A stretch of 37,615 bases of DNA, from IMG/VR virus record IMGVR_UViG_2681813321_000019; one strand, written 5' to 3'. The notes below the pieces were generated by a model. That model was given only the letters and a program-made list of their open reading frames with translations, was not told the origin of the DNA and did no database searches. Positions 21,004 through 31,386 of the stretch are shown here, one piece after another. A program made the position numbers and the translations under genes. Every line of letters starts with the position of its first letter. Positions within the stretch are counted from its first letter, which is position 1. The stretch comes from a virus (taxonomy: Duplodnaviria; Heunggongvirae; Uroviricota; Caudoviricetes).

Positions 21004-21588
21004 TTACTCCGGATATTTAAAAATTACGTAGGTATGCGACGGGCAGAGTTTGTTAAGCACACACTCGACAACGGTGTCGCCCCAGATACGCAGTGCGGAA
21101 TCACAGGGATCGCCACATGTCATCCAGGTGGTGTTGGTGGCGGCTGGCATGTTGACCTGCCAGTAATACCGCCATTCCGGCGCATTCACAGCGTCAGTGC
21201 AGGCTGATGAGCAGGTGAACGTGCTTTTGTCGTATCGCGTGATGGTAGCGTCTGGTCTGCCCAGGGCAGCAAGCTGTGCAAGGTAAAAATCCTCATTGAT
21301 GCCGCCCGCCAGGTTAACCTTCGCATCCAGTCGTTGCTGACGCTGGCGAAGGGTCTGTGTCCCTGCGGGAATACATTCATCCGGCAGGCCGCACAGACGC
21401 TCCCAGCGGTTTATCAGTTCGGTGGTGGTGCGCGGATCCAGCTCCCGCATCAGGGCATCCGCACGCTGATGAACGCGGGTTAATGACGGTGCCGAACCGG
21501 CAATCGCCGGATCGCTGGCTGACCACGCCGGACCGGGGGGCAACAGTGCAGACAACAGACGGATGTAATCATCGTTTGTCACGTCCAT
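21004..21588 (-). CDS. Mu gp48 / YmfQ-like baseplate-associated tail protein (194 aa)
   Basis: Position between baseplate J and tail fibre; [22 protein letters not shown]... resembles the YmfQ/gp48 family. Confidence 0.6.
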   Translation of the reverse strand: MDVTNDDYIRLLSALLPPGPAWSASDPAIAGSAPSLTRVHQRADALMRELDPRTTTELINRWERLCGLPDECIPAGTQTLRQRQQRLDAKVNLAGGINEDFYLAQLAALGRPDATITRYDKSTFTCSSACTDAVNAPEWRYYWQVNMPAATNTTWMTCGDPCDSALRIWGDTVVECVLNKLCPSHTYVIFKYPE

Positions 21589-22637
21589 GAAATCGTCCCC
21601 AGAACCGCCAGTTCATTTTTTGCAATGGAGATATTGTCTGCCGGTGCAAGCAACTGATGGCTGTATTCCCCGTTCGCACCGGAAATCGCCTCACTGATAC
21701 GCGACACCTTCAGTTCTCCCTGCGGATAACCATCACGCAGCAGGAACGAACGCAACTCCGCGGTGATGGCAGCCCGTATTTCCGGTGTATCCGGCGTCAC
21801 GCGGATATGAAAATCCACTTTATGTGCCACCGGCCTGAATACATACAAATCAGAGCCTGCCACCGGGGCCAGTGGCCCGATATGTTGTCTTGCCGCCGTT
21901 TCCGTTGATTCTTCCGGAATGGGATTAATCAGGTCACTGCTGGCAATCATCACACCGACAGTTCCCGTTCCCATCCAGTGACGGTATGTCCATGCGCGGG
22001 TAATGCCGGGCACTTCTTTAGCCCAGACGACATAGTCCCCGTCAGCCCCGCCCTGCGGCGTCCAGTAATACCGCTCAATGACGCGGGCGCGCCACGTTTC
22101 CAGATCTTCAGTATCGAATCCGCCAGTCAGGGTATCTGCAACACCGGAAGACGGCAGACCATTCACCGGCGTGACCAGGATTAATGCCGTACCGTCGTCA
22201 GCGTTACCGACCGCGCCTGTAGTTGAGCAAGTGATCGGCACACGCAGGACACCACCGGAGCTGGTTGCATCGGCAGTTGCCGTGTACTGAACCAGGTCAT
22301 CGCGCTGAATCACGCTCCCGGCAGTCACCTTCAGGCCATCGCTGACACCTTCCCAGCGCATATACCCGCTGGCAGCCGTGGCCCCCTTGCGCGGACACCG
22401 TTTCATCGCAGCATGTCGCGCCAGCCAGGACTCATCGCACAGGTCAGGCAGCATATTCATTGCCAGATAATCGATGTACCCGTAGACCGTATGCAGCGCC
22501 GCCGCATACACCTTTGCCCGCACGTCTTCATCCATGCGCCGGAGCGTGTTGCTGACGTCCAGCCTGGCGAATAAATCGTTACGGAGCATACTGATATTTT
22601 CTGCCAGCGTCGGGCGCTGAAATTCACTGTCCGCCAT
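21579..22637 (-). CDS. Baseplate J-like protein (Mu gp47-like), 352 aa
   Basis: Size, order and composition typical of the baseplate wedge J family. Confidence 0.7.
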   Translation of the reverse strand: MADSEFQRPTLAENISMLRNDLFARLDVSNTLRRMDEDVRAKVYAAALHTVYGYIDYLAMNMLPDLCDESWLARHAAMKRCPRKGATAASGYMRWEGVSDGLKVTAGSVIQRDDLVQYTATADATSSGGVLRVPITCSTTGAVGNADDGTALILVTPVNGLPSSGVADTLTGGFDTEDLETWRARVIERYYWTPQGGADGDYVVWAKEVPGITRAWTYRHWMGTGTVGVMIASSDLINPIPEESTETAARQHIGPLAPVAGSDLYVFRPVAHKVDFHIRVTPDTPEIRAAITAELRSFLLRDGYPQGELKVSRISEAISGANGEYSHQLLAPADNISIAKNELAVLGTISWT

Positions 22638-23052
22638 GCGTTATCGCACTCCACAGATCATCAAAAGAAATCATTACCGGTCCGTCACGACGCCAGAGAG
22701 TGATACTGTTACCCAGTTCATTAATCCCGGTACGGCGGATATCCAGATCAATACGGGACACCACGCCGTCATCAATCATCCATTGCAGGCATTCGCGGAT
22801 ATACCCCCTTACCGTCTGCACCAGCTGATTGGTCAGTTTGCTGCGCTGAAGCAGCCACAGTCGGGAGCCGTAACGGTCATTCTGTACCGCAGGCCAGGTA
22901 TCCCCCCACCATCCCATCGGGACGTCGGCGTTGTCATCAGGCTCCGCCCGCCGCCAGGTAAACAGGGAAATCACCACGGCGCGGGTCAGCGGATCCAGCG
23001 GTGCGCTGGCGCAGGTGCGTTTACCGCTCACCGTCAGCCACAGTTCCATCAT
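22624..23052 (-). CDS. Baseplate protein (Mu gp46-like), 142 aa
   Basis: Synteny within the Mu-type baseplate module; overlapping start/stop codons. Confidence 0.55.
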   Translation of the reverse strand: MMELWLTVSGKRTCASAPLDPLTRAVVISLFTWRRAEPDDNADVPMGWWGDTWPAVQNDRYGSRLWLLQRSKLTNQLVQTVRGYIRECLQWMIDDGVVSRIDLDIRRTGINELGNSITLWRRDGPVMISFDDLWSAITHGGQ

Positions 23053-23597
23053 GCCTCCATCGCTTTATCAGGTTTGTCGGTGTTACTGCCCTGACCGTTC
23101 TCTCTGTGACGATGCCCGTTATAGGCAAGCCGCATCGCTGACATGGTGGTGCCGCCGGAGTCGCACAGGTCTTTCACCTGTCCGGTCACTTCCAGGTCCA
23201 TTTCAAAACGTGCTTTAGGTGAATTGCGAAACGTGATCGTTTTACCTGCACCGTCCACCACGATCCCCTCCCGGGTCAGCGTCACGGACTGCCCCTGATC
23301 GTCATAGACAGCCACCTCACCCGTCTGCAGCCCTTTCAGGCGGTAGCGCCGGTCCGACACCGTAACAACCACCGCATGAGAACGGTCGCCATCCGGAAAC
23401 AACACCACCGCTTCCGCACCGCTGTTTGCCCTTGCGGTAAAACCGTAGGGTTCAAGATGTTCAACCCCGGCTTTGGGTTCACCGGCAATCAGGGACACAT
23501 CCACGGTCTGGCATTTCGTGGCGGCACTGATGCTTTTCACCACTGCCCGCCCAATCAGGCCGAGAAGTTGTCGCTGCATGGCTTCAATCGTCCTCAT
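23049..23597 (-). CDS. Baseplate assembly / spike protein (Mu gp45-like, gpV-like), 182 aa
   Basis: Synteny; translationally coupled to neighbours. Confidence 0.55.
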   Translation of the reverse strand: MRTIEAMQRQLLGLIGRAVVKSISAATKCQTVDVSLIAGEPKAGVEHLEPYGFTARANSGAEAVVLFPDGDRSHAVVVTVSDRRYRLKGLQTGEVAVYDDQGQSVTLTREGIVVDGAGKTITFRNSPKARFEMDLEVTGQVKDLCDSGGTTMSAMRLAYNGHRHRENGQGSNTDKPDKAMEA

Positions 23598-24676
23598 CAG
23601 AACGGGTCCTCCTGTACTCTGGCTTTTTTCTTTTTCCGCGCGCCGGGAGCTTCGGGTTCAGGCAGATAAGCATCAGGCGGGCCGACACGGATTTCCGTCA
23701 GGGTGCCGTTCTGGTCCTGAGTAAACGTGACTTCCGAGACAAGCAGTTCGGTATTGTCGAAACCACAGACCGGATCGAAGACAATCACCCGCTGGTTGGG
23801 CTGCCACAGCGTACCGTTACCCTGTCGCCAGCCCTGCACCACATAGGTGGTTTCATCCGTCCGCGCCGCCCGTTGTCGGGCTTCAAAGTCCGCACGGGCA
23901 ATACAGCCTGCCCCCGTAGCCTGCCCTGTCTGCCTGATATACATCGGACGGTAACGGGCAATAAATGCGTCCTCTGTGCGGGCCCGCAGCGCGGTGGTGG
24001 TGGCCTCACCGAAATCATCGTCGTTTCCGGCACGCTGCCCCGCCACCTGGTAAACAGAAAACCGCTCCCGGATACTCTTCTCCGTATCACAGGAAAGGAT
24101 GTTTTCCCCAAGTACCAGCGCGGTATGTGCCCGCGTTGAGCCAATACCACCAATCACCAGCCTACCGTGCGGGTCGTCGTAAGCCAGCGCCTGCTGCTGA
24201 CCGAGTATTTTGTTGATTACCTCAATCACCGTTTCACCGTGATCAGGCTGAACATCAGGAATAACACCCGATGGCGCACCGCTGTTCACCACCTCAATGC
24301 CGAAAGGCGCAGCAAGCGCCTGCGCAATCTGCACCAGCGAGCGTCCGTTAAACTGTGTCGGTTCGGCTGCACAGTCAATCAGGTCAGCCGTCAGACTACG
24401 TCCGGCAATACCGGTGCTGACCGAACGGGCATCGTAACGAACGGGAGTCGCCTCCACCCAGCCGGTGATCACCAGCTCATCACCAATCAGCACTTCCACT
24501 TTTGAACCGTTTTTAATGCGCGGCTGAAGCGTGGTGATACCCTCATCTCCCGGCCACTGGCGAGTGATCTCCACACTGAAATCCCGCGCCAGCCGTTCAA
24601 TACCGGCACCGATGCGCACCGATGTCCAGCCATTCCACTCCCGGCCATTTACCCGTAGCGTAACATTGTCGTTCAT
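23597..24676 (-). CDS. Baseplate hub protein (Mu gp44 / P-like), 359 aa
   Basis: Synteny and size. Confidence 0.6.
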   Translation of the reverse strand: MNDNVTLRVNGREWNGWTSVRIGAGIERLARDFSVEITRQWPGDEGITTLQPRIKNGSKVEVLIGDELVITGWVEATPVRYDARSVSTGIAGRSLTADLIDCAAEPTQFNGRSLVQIAQALAAPFGIEVVNSGAPSGVIPDVQPDHGETVIEVINKILGQQQALAYDDPHGRLVIGGIGSTRAHTALVLGENILSCDTEKSIRERFSVYQVAGQRAGNDDDFGEATTTALRARTEDAFIARYRPMYIRQTGQATGAGCIARADFEARQRAARTDETTYVVQGWRQGNGTLWQPNQRVIVFDPVCGFDNTELLVSEVTFTQDQNGTLTEIRVGPPDAYLPEPEAPGARKKKKARVQEDPF

Positions 24677-26043
24677 TGCACTGGCACCTTCAGAGGGATC
24701 ACCGGCACAAAGCCGGGATGCGTAATGGCATTACGCCGGATAATGTCCGCGTCACGCGCCGCGTTATCAAACCAGGTCGCCGCCAGCACCAGCGCGGGTA
24801 AAACCTCATCCGGTGTGCGCTGAATAATCCGTGCAGACTGTTCAAGGCGCGTGTTGATATCCGCATTCAGATCTGCTTTCACCCGGCGCAGCACCAGAAA
24901 CAGCGCATCACTGGTTGTACGGGACAACTCCTTATCAATTGCCGTATTCAGTGTGTCGCGAATGTCGGTCAGTTCTTCCCACGTTGGCAGGTCAACCGTG
25001 TTTTTCACCGCCGGTGCATTGTTCAGTGCCGGATGCGTGACGGAAGGCCAGCCAGTGCTCTGCGCGGGTGTTGTTGACTGCCCCACTGTGGCATTCTGCA
25101 TCACCGCGGAAGTTGTGGGCGCAGGCAATCGTGTGACGGCATACGCCGCTTCGCTGATTGCGGTCGTACGAAGGGTGCTGGCAACCACGTTACGCTGCTG
25201 CGTCGCCGTGGCGGTGGTTTTACTGTCCGTTTTCCAGACGCCGCGCGGTTGCAGATCGCTGCCGAGGCTGACACCGGAAAGCGTTTTGATCATGGTGACC
25301 AGGTCGCTGGCGTTACCATAAAGGCGTTTCCCGGTACGCCACATTTTCTGCACCTGCTCAACGAAATTTTTGCCTGACGATGGCGGCGGCAGAAGTACCG
25401 AGATATCCCCCTGCAAAAGCCTGGCGGCATCCGATACGGCAGAATCCACCACTTTCATCGCATCAGAAACATACCCAAGCATTGTGCTGGCATTACCGAC
25501 GACGTCGTTCTGCACAAAATCTGCCACGCCATCGATACTGAAACCACTGAAGCTGTCACTGATGCAGTCATCCAGTGCAGAACAGGATGACATCAGCGTC
25601 TGCGCCGTCGCCGCACCTGAAGTGGGGTAAGAGAGTTCTCCCGCTTCGACAAACTTCAGGTCAAAGCGGACAATACGCCCTTCACTCTTCGATGTGCTGA
25701 CCCGAACTTCCCCGTCAACACAGACTTTCAGCTCACCGTAAGTCGGATGGACAAGCGTGCCGGGACCGGGTTTATTCAGCGCGTCAATCAGGCGATCGCG
25801 CTGGTCAAAGCAGTCATCTCCCACCACATAAGCTGTGATGGACGGGCGGAAAGTGATTTTCCCCAGGTCTTCGGTATAGGGCTTGTCGCGGTTCGGGTAT
25901 TCGTGCGTTTCCACACGACGACCGGTTCCCGCACTTTCTTCTTCAACCTTAAATGGCACACCGCGAAATGACGCGTCCTGAAGTCTGTCTTTCCACGTCA
26001 TATAAACTCCGTACATAAAAAATCCCACCGGAGTGGGACTCAT
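24673..26043 (-). CDS. DNA circulation protein (Mu N / gp43-like), up to 456 aa; true start may be the internal MTWKDRL
   Basis: Directly follows the tape measure gene; N-terminal MTWKDRLQDASFRGVPF. Confidence 0.6.
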   Translation of the reverse strand: MSPTPVGFFMYGVYMTWKDRLQDASFRGVPFKVEEESAGTGRRVETHEYPNRDKPYTEDLGKITFRPSITAYVVGDDCFDQRDRLIDALNKPGPGTLVHPTYGELKVCVDGEVRVSTSKSEGRIVRFDLKFVEAGELSYPTSGAATAQTLMSSCSALDDCISDSFSGFSIDGVADFVQNDVVGNASTMLGYVSDAMKVVDSAVSDAARLLQGDISVLLPPPSSGKNFVEQVQKMWRTGKRLYGNASDLVTMIKTLSGVSLGSDLQPRGVWKTDSKTTATATQQRNVVASTLRTTAISEAAYAVTRLPAPTTSAVMQNATVGQSTTPAQSTGWPSVTHPALNNAPAVKNTVDLPTWEELTDIRDTLNTAIDKELSRTTSDALFLVLRRVKADLNADINTRLEQSARIIQRTPDEVLPALVLAATWFDNAARDADIIRRNAITHPGFVPVIPLKVPVQ

Positions 26044-26061
26044 TAACAGATTAATTTTTCA

Positions 26062-27897
26062 TTACCTGCCAAAGCGCGTATAGCCAACATCATGGCTGAC
26101 ATCAAAACCGCTGGATCGCGTTTCCATAACCCGCATACCCGGAGGCGAATTCACAAAAGAGACCTTGATCTCACCATCAACTTTTGGCGCAGAAGCTTTG
26201 TTAATCATGAAGGGATTCGGGCCTGTGGCATCGGAGGCGTTGTTTGACTGAGCCGGATCCACCGCCTGATAAGGTGTGTATCCCCGTGCCGGTATTCCCG
26301 TCCCATAAGCATCATAAGCACCCGCGCCCCACTGCGCAGAGTTAATGGCATCGACCGTGTCACCGGAACTGTCGGTAAACCACTCAATAATTGGCTTCAG
26401 CTTGTCCCACATATCCTGAAACCACTTAACAACCGGTCCCCAGTTATTGATTACCATCCCCAGCGGCGACCAGGCAAAAACCTTCTTCAGAAGTTCCCAG
26501 CCAGCCTCAAAATAAGGACCAATGGTTTCCCAGAGCTTCTTGAAAAAAGGTCCGACAACATCCCAGTTAGTGATAATTAATCCCGCAGCCAGGGCTATCG
26601 CCGTCGCAATCATTCCAATCGGCGTCATCGACATGATCCTGCTGACAATACTGATGGCACCGCCAACGCCCATCAATCCCAGTTTCAGAATCGCAAGACC
26701 GGCAGCAAGCCCGACGACGCCGCGAATAACCCGGGGATTTTCATCCGCAAACTTCGTGAATTTTTCCCCTAACTCCCCCAGCCATTGCGTGATATTTTTG
26801 GCGTCACCAGAAAATGCGCCGCCAATAGCTGCAAGACCGTTAGTTGCGGTCCCCGTCATTGCCTCCCACAGGTTGGACAGCGTACCAAGCTGTGCCTGAA
26901 CACGTTTATTCAGGCTGGCCTGTTTATTCATCTTCTGCTGGATCTGATCGTAACCATCCTTTCCTTTATCGATCAGAGCATTGACCACCTGAAGGGTTTC
27001 GGCATCATCACCAAATATTGCCTTAAGTACACCTGTTCGCTTAACGTCGGTCAGTTTTCGCAGCTTTGCCAGTTGCTTAAACATGTTATCAAGACCGCCA
27101 AAACTCCCTTTGCCGTCAGTAAAATCGAGCTGCACTCCGAGTTTCTGGCGGGCCATGACTTTATTGACGTCCCTGATTTTCTTAACGCTTAATCCGGACT
27201 GGATAACTTTTCGCAGGGCATTACCTGCCGACTCTCCGTTCATCCCCATCTGATCCATCATGACGCTGATAGGGGCAAGGCTCTGTGCAGCCTGAAGTCC
27301 GTCCTTATTCACCATCTTCAGAACAGAACTGGTTTTAGTGAAGAAGGACAACATGTTTGTATCGTCAACGCCCAGATAAAACGCCTTCTGGATAGTGTCG
27401 AACAGCCCCATCATGTCTTCTGACGCCGTTCCGGTAGCATCCTGCATCTTTGCAGCAAACTCAGCAGCCGCTTCCGGTGTTTTTTTCAGTTGTACCGCAA
27501 GATAAGCTGTCGCTTTACCCACACCACCAAGAATGTTTTCTGCCGGGATCCCCTGACGCACCAGCATCTGCATCATGTTCTGGAAATCAGCCGTTGTACC
27601 GGGTAGCTGGTTACCCAGGCCAATAGCCAGTTTATTGATGTCCTGAAAGCTCTTTCCAACCTCGCCGTTCGCATCCATCATGGCGACTTTCAGCCCGGTG
27701 GCGGCGTTTTCCTGATCAGCATAAGATTTCAGGGAAAGCGTCAGACCCGCAGCCAGTCCGCCACCAAGCGCCAGCCCACCCTGTGACGCTTCTTCCGCCT
27801 GGCGTTTAAATCCCCGGATTTTCTTTTGCATTTTCGACAGCGCGGGAGAAAGCCTGTCGACACCGGTGATCAACGCCTTAAGCTCAAATTCAGCCAT
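26062..27897 (-). CDS. Tail tape measure protein (611 aa)
   Basis: Long, Ala/Gly-rich, helical with a C-terminal hydrophobic block; located after the tube/chaperone genes. Confidence 0.8.
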   Translation of the reverse strand: MAEFELKALITGVDRLSPALSKMQKKIRGFKRQAEEASQGGLALGGGLAAGLTLSLKSYADQENAATGLKVAMMDANGEVGKSFQDINKLAIGLGNQLPGTTADFQNMMQMLVRQGIPAENILGGVGKATAYLAVQLKKTPEAAAEFAAKMQDATGTASEDMMGLFDTIQKAFYLGVDDTNMLSFFTKTSSVLKMVNKDGLQAAQSLAPISVMMDQMGMNGESAGNALRKVIQSGLSVKKIRDVNKVMARQKLGVQLDFTDGKGSFGGLDNMFKQLAKLRKLTDVKRTGVLKAIFGDDAETLQVVNALIDKGKDGYDQIQQKMNKQASLNKRVQAQLGTLSNLWEAMTGTATNGLAAIGGAFSGDAKNITQWLGELGEKFTKFADENPRVIRGVVGLAAGLAILKLGLMGVGGAISIVSRIMSMTPIGMIATAIALAAGLIITNWDVVGPFFKKLWETIGPYFEAGWELLKKVFAWSPLGMVINNWGPVVKWFQDMWDKLKPIIEWFTDSSGDTVDAINSAQWGAGAYDAYGTGIPARGYTPYQAVDPAQSNNASDATGPNPFMINKASAPKVDGEIKVSFVNSPPGMRVMETRSSGFDVSHDVGYTRFGR

Positions 27898-28072
27898 GTG
27901 TGCGTTTCTCCTGCTCTATCCTGTTTGCCTGACTGACCAGCAAGGGAATTTCACTGATCGGCATATTCAGCAATTCGAAGGGATTAATGCGCCAGTAGCT
28001 GGCGCAGTCAAAGAAGCGATCAGTGAGGTATTCAGCCGTCAGGCCTGGAGGAAAAAACCAGCCACAAGCCAC
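27890..28072 (-). CDS. Tail assembly chaperone -1 frame extension (GT-like), probable programmed frameshift product
   Basis: Overlaps the 3' end of the 89-aa chaperone ORF in the -1 frame; T6 slippery run (plus-strand A6 at 28052..28057); ends at the tape-measure start. Confidence 0.45.
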   Translation of the reverse strand: MACGWFFPPGLTAEYLTDRFFDCASYWRINPFELLNMPISEIPLLVSQANRIEQEKRTHG

Positions 28073-28308
28073 GCCGCAGCATTCAGGTCTGCCGGAGACA
28101 TCTGGTCGACAGAGTTTTGCGGCACTTTCGCCAGCCGCACAATGTATTTCGATACCACATGCGCCAGAAGTCTGACGGACTCATCCTGATTCATCTGGTA
28201 GGGATACCCCAGCTCGCGGACATCTTTCCCGGTGGGCTCATCAAACTCCAGTACGGAGAGTGTCTCGCCATGAGCGGTAATCGGTTTCTTTAACTCAAGC
28301 TCTTTCAT
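28039..28308 (-). CDS. Tail assembly chaperone (Mu gp41-like), 89 aa
   Basis: Small ORF between the tail tube and tape measure genes. Confidence 0.6.
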   Translation of the reverse strand: MKELELKKPITAHGETLSVLEFDEPTGKDVRELGYPYQMNQDESVRLLAHVVSKYIVRLAKVPQNSVDQMSPADLNAAAWLVAGFFLQA

Positions 28309-28664
28309 TACTGGTAATCCCCTTCTTCACCGTGGAACTCAAGATCAACCGTCCCTTCTTCGGCATTATGGTTCGCTTCGCCGTGCAGCCAGGCAGACGA
28401 CAGTACATAGACCTGACCGTTCGCCAGCTCGGCAGTGATGGTCATCTCATCAGACGAGGTGATTTTGCTCACCGGAAAATTCTTCGGCACCTTGAAGGTC
28501 CCTTTAACATAAGGCGCACGGTGAGTTTCCTTGCGGTCCACTGAACCGTCCAGGCCGATGATGTCATCATTGACCGTCCTGTTCATGGGCACCTCAATGC
28601 CGCCGGTCAGCGATAGCTGCTGACCGTCAATTTTGAAATAACAGGTTCCCCCGATACGGGCCAT
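28308..28664 (-). CDS. Tail tube protein (118 aa)
   Basis: Immediately downstream of the sheath gene; size typical of contractile-tail tube proteins. Confidence 0.7.
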   Translation of the reverse strand: MARIGGTCYFKIDGQQLSLTGGIEVPMNRTVNDDIIGLDGSVDRKETHRAPYVKGTFKVPKNFPVSKITSSDEMTITAELANGQVYVLSSAWLHGEANHNAEEGTVDLEFHGEEGDYQ

Positions 28665-30160
28665 TATGAGGACTCCTCTGAATACTGAAGACGGAACTGG
28701 TTAACCACGGCAAAGACACGCAACTGGTTAACATAGTCAGGCGGGAACAGCGTGTTCAGGCGGTTCGGATCGCTGGCATCACGCTCCACAACCAGGTACT
28801 GCTTGAACAGTTCGTAGTTTTCCACGATCCCCGCACGCTCAAGCTGACGGTAGGTTGCCAGCAGTTCCCCTTTGATCACCGCCGGGGTGACAATCGCCTG
28901 ACCGGGACCAAAGCGGGTACCGTCGCTGGCAAGCTTGTGACGCCCGTACTTACTGGTAATGACGGATTTCAGTTTGCGCAGTACATACGCACTGGTATGC
29001 AGCGTCTCGCTGTCGAGGTAGCTGTTATCCGCAACCCCGTAAGCGTTTTTCCTGTACGTGGTGACATCACGCTGAATGCGTAGTACCCCGCTTTCGACAT
29101 ACGCCGTTGCCACGCCATGAGACAGCAGGGTCTGTTGTTCGGTCATCGTGAACCGTTTCCCCTTCGGCGCAGGCAGCATACCCACCAGCTCACCGGTCTG
29201 CGTGGGACGTGCCGGATCGTTGCGGATAAACACCGCTGCGCGGGCGGTACGGCTTGCCGCCAGCTCGTCGGCAGGCGTCTGGGTGTCTTTTTCGTACCCC
29301 GCCAGGGTAATGTGCTGCTGGTTAAAGTGGTCACCTGCGGTCACCAGTTCTGACAGCGTGCCGGTCTTTGCCGTATACACATGACCATACAGCTGACGCG
29401 CATAGCTCCAGCGACCGCTGGTATCGTTCATCTCGGTCACCAGCGTGTTAACGGAGGCCGTGTCGTTGAACGGCAGGCCAATATAATCAAACGGCTCATC
29501 CGCCATTGCAGCCACCGCGCCGGTGAGAACCGGAGCACCCGTTCCGGCGGTACCCGTCGCCACGGCAATCTGTACGCCCGCTGGCAGCACTTCGCCCCCA
29601 CCAAAGCCGTAGTAATTGAGGCTGACAGGAATTTCATTCCCGCAAAGCCCCTTATGACGCGCGGTCAGTGTGACCACGCCTGCCGAAGATGAAGCCGTAA
29701 ACGGCAGGGTCGGAACGGCATTGATGGCATCCTGGATACTGCTGGCAATCATCGTGACGTTATCGCCGTTAGTCACCGGTGCCTGCACGCGGGTACGTCC
29801 CACATACACATTCACCGTGCCGCTTTCGGTTGCCGCCCCGGTCACCGTCAGCGTAACCGTTGCCGCCGCGCCTGTGGATTCAGGAACGGCAATCACATAC
29901 AGCTCGCCAAACGGGTCAGTCTGGCGATAAGCCTCGACCATACGCGCCAGCTGACTTCCCGCACCACAAATCTGGCGTGCATAGTCTGCCGACGGCATCA
30001 GTACCAGACTGTTGGCAACAATCTCTGCACCGTTATTGGCATGACCAATCAGCAGCGATGCTCCGCTGTCCTGTGCAGTATTCGCCGCCTGGTTATCCAT
30101 TTCCGCATAAAACAACGGAACCAGCGTATTCGACGGAATGGTGTTAAAGCTTATCGTCAT
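28664..30160 (-). CDS. Tail sheath protein (498 aa)
   Basis: Size and position in the contractile tail module. Confidence 0.8.
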   Translation of the reverse strand: MTISFNTIPSNTLVPLFYAEMDNQAANTAQDSGASLLIGHANNGAEIVANSLVLMPSADYARQICGAGSQLARMVEAYRQTDPFGELYVIAVPESTGAAATVTLTVTGAATESGTVNVYVGRTRVQAPVTNGDNVTMIASSIQDAINAVPTLPFTASSSAGVVTLTARHKGLCGNEIPVSLNYYGFGGGEVLPAGVQIAVATGTAGTGAPVLTGAVAAMADEPFDYIGLPFNDTASVNTLVTEMNDTSGRWSYARQLYGHVYTAKTGTLSELVTAGDHFNQQHITLAGYEKDTQTPADELAASRTARAAVFIRNDPARPTQTGELVGMLPAPKGKRFTMTEQQTLLSHGVATAYVESGVLRIQRDVTTYRKNAYGVADNSYLDSETLHTSAYVLRKLKSVITSKYGRHKLASDGTRFGPGQAIVTPAVIKGELLATYRQLERAGIVENYELFKQYLVVERDASDPNRLNTLFPPDYVNQLRVFAVVNQFRLQYSEESS

Positions 30161-30314
30161 CGGTATTCACCTTTTTATTCACGCGCCGGATATCACCCGC
30201 TGCTTCACGGCGCAGCCAGTAGTTGTTCTCGTCAACATTTCGCCCTTCGGCGGGCAAAAGGTCGCCGCGGGCAGGATCAGGAACTGACCGCCCTTTAACA
30301 GGTTTGACAAACAT
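30144..30314 (-). CDS. Small hypothetical protein (56 aa), not in the ORF track
   Basis: ATG at 30312..30314 (minus strand) to stop at 30144..30146; overlaps the sheath start by 17 nt. Confidence 0.3.
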   Translation of the reverse strand: MFVKPVKGRSVPDPARGDLLPAEGRNVDENNYWLRREAAGDIRRVNKKVNTDDDKL

Positions 30315-30322
30315 GAGGATCC

Positions 30323-30883
30323 TCAGGAAGGAAGGGTTATTTCGGTGTGATGTTCGATATCGCCGTCAGGCCCGTTACCGGGCTCGAGATAATCAACATC
30401 AATCGCCAGCGTTCGCAGTTCATCCAGACTGTTCAGATCATCCTGCTGGCGGGTATCGTCTTCAGTCAGCTCGCTGATGACCGAAAAATCGAACTGATAA
30501 ATCAGCTCATGACGATTCAGATCCAGCAGCGTGCCGCCGTCATAGGTAATCGGGTTACCGCACGCCTCCGGATTCCAGCCCAGCAGAGCCTTAAAGAGCA
30601 TCTGCCGGACATCGTCCACCACATCATACGAGGCAAACTGACCGCGCTCATCACGCCCGTTACTCAGTATGACAACCACGGAGAAGCCCTCTTTCAGCTC
30701 CTGCCAGTAGTCGGTCTGGCTTTTGTTTTCTCCCGGAGAATCATCCCCCGGTACCACATACGCCGCCGGGAGTCTCAGCTTTCCGACCTCCGGCAGATTT
30801 TTGAACTGTGCCGCGCCTGCCACCCGGTTTTCAAAATACGGGCAGCGGGCACGCAGCGCAGCAATAACAGGCGTCAGTTTCAT
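30323..30883 (-). CDS. Tail completion / head-tail joining protein, hypothetical (186 aa)
   Basis: Synteny between head and sheath genes. Confidence 0.4.
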   Translation of the reverse strand: MKLTPVIAALRARCPYFENRVAGAAQFKNLPEVGKLRLPAAYVVPGDDSPGENKSQTDYWQELKEGFSVVVILSNGRDERGQFASYDVVDDVRQMLFKALLGWNPEACGNPITYDGGTLLDLNRHELIYQFDFSVISELTEDDTRQQDDLNSLDELRTLAIDVDYLEPGNGPDGDIEHHTEITLPS

Positions 30884-31386
30884 CTGTGTCGTCGCTCCGG
30901 CTTCAGTGATTTACGTAATTCCCGCGCCAGAAAATAGCGTGTCCAGCTGCGGTTCTTTTCAAGCGTTTCCACCATAAAGTTATTACGTGGAGCCAGCCGC
31001 CAGCCGCTGCCACCGGATGCACCACGATGATGGCTGCGACGACGCTTTGCCCCTCGCCTCACGCCATAGAACAAAAAAGCCGGATAAAAATCACCGGTGA
31101 TGCGGCGGTTTCCCTCACCATTACGCTGGTTAGGGGCTATACGTGCCATAAAACCGGGGCGATGTTTACTGGCTCTGGGTACCATATAACCAATCGAACG
31201 TGCCAGGCGTCCGGTCTGATAACCGGGGTTTTCACCCGGTGCCGACCGCGCACGGCGCATCACCAGCCGACGGGCATCACGCATATGACGCTGACCAATC
31301 GTGACAAACGCCCGCCGGACACGGGCGCGGTTAAAGCGCATCTCCGCGGGCTGCTGAAAATCAACGTGCAAAAAGGAAGTCGCCAT
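30880..31386 (-). CDS. Virion morphogenesis protein (HK97 gp10-like or Mu G-like), 168 aa
   Basis: Arg-rich; position in the head-tail joining cluster. Confidence 0.4.
   Translation of the reverse strand: MATSFLHVDFQQPAEMRFNRARVRRAFVTIGQRHMRDARRLVMRRARSAPGENPGYQTGRLARSIGYMVPRASKHRPGFMARIAPNQRNGEGNRRITGDFYPAFLFYGVRRGAKRRRSHHRGASGGSGWRLAPRNNFMVETLEKNRSWTRYFLARELRKSLKPERRHR

Noticed and set aside
20568-30477. Numerous 60-200 aa ORFs antisense to or out of frame with phage structural genes (e.g. 20603..20860, 23873..24139, 24851..25321, 26522..26899, 29117..29353, 30347..30937)
   Set aside because: High-GC coding regions generate long spurious alternative-frame ORFs; all are nested within strongly supported structural genes.
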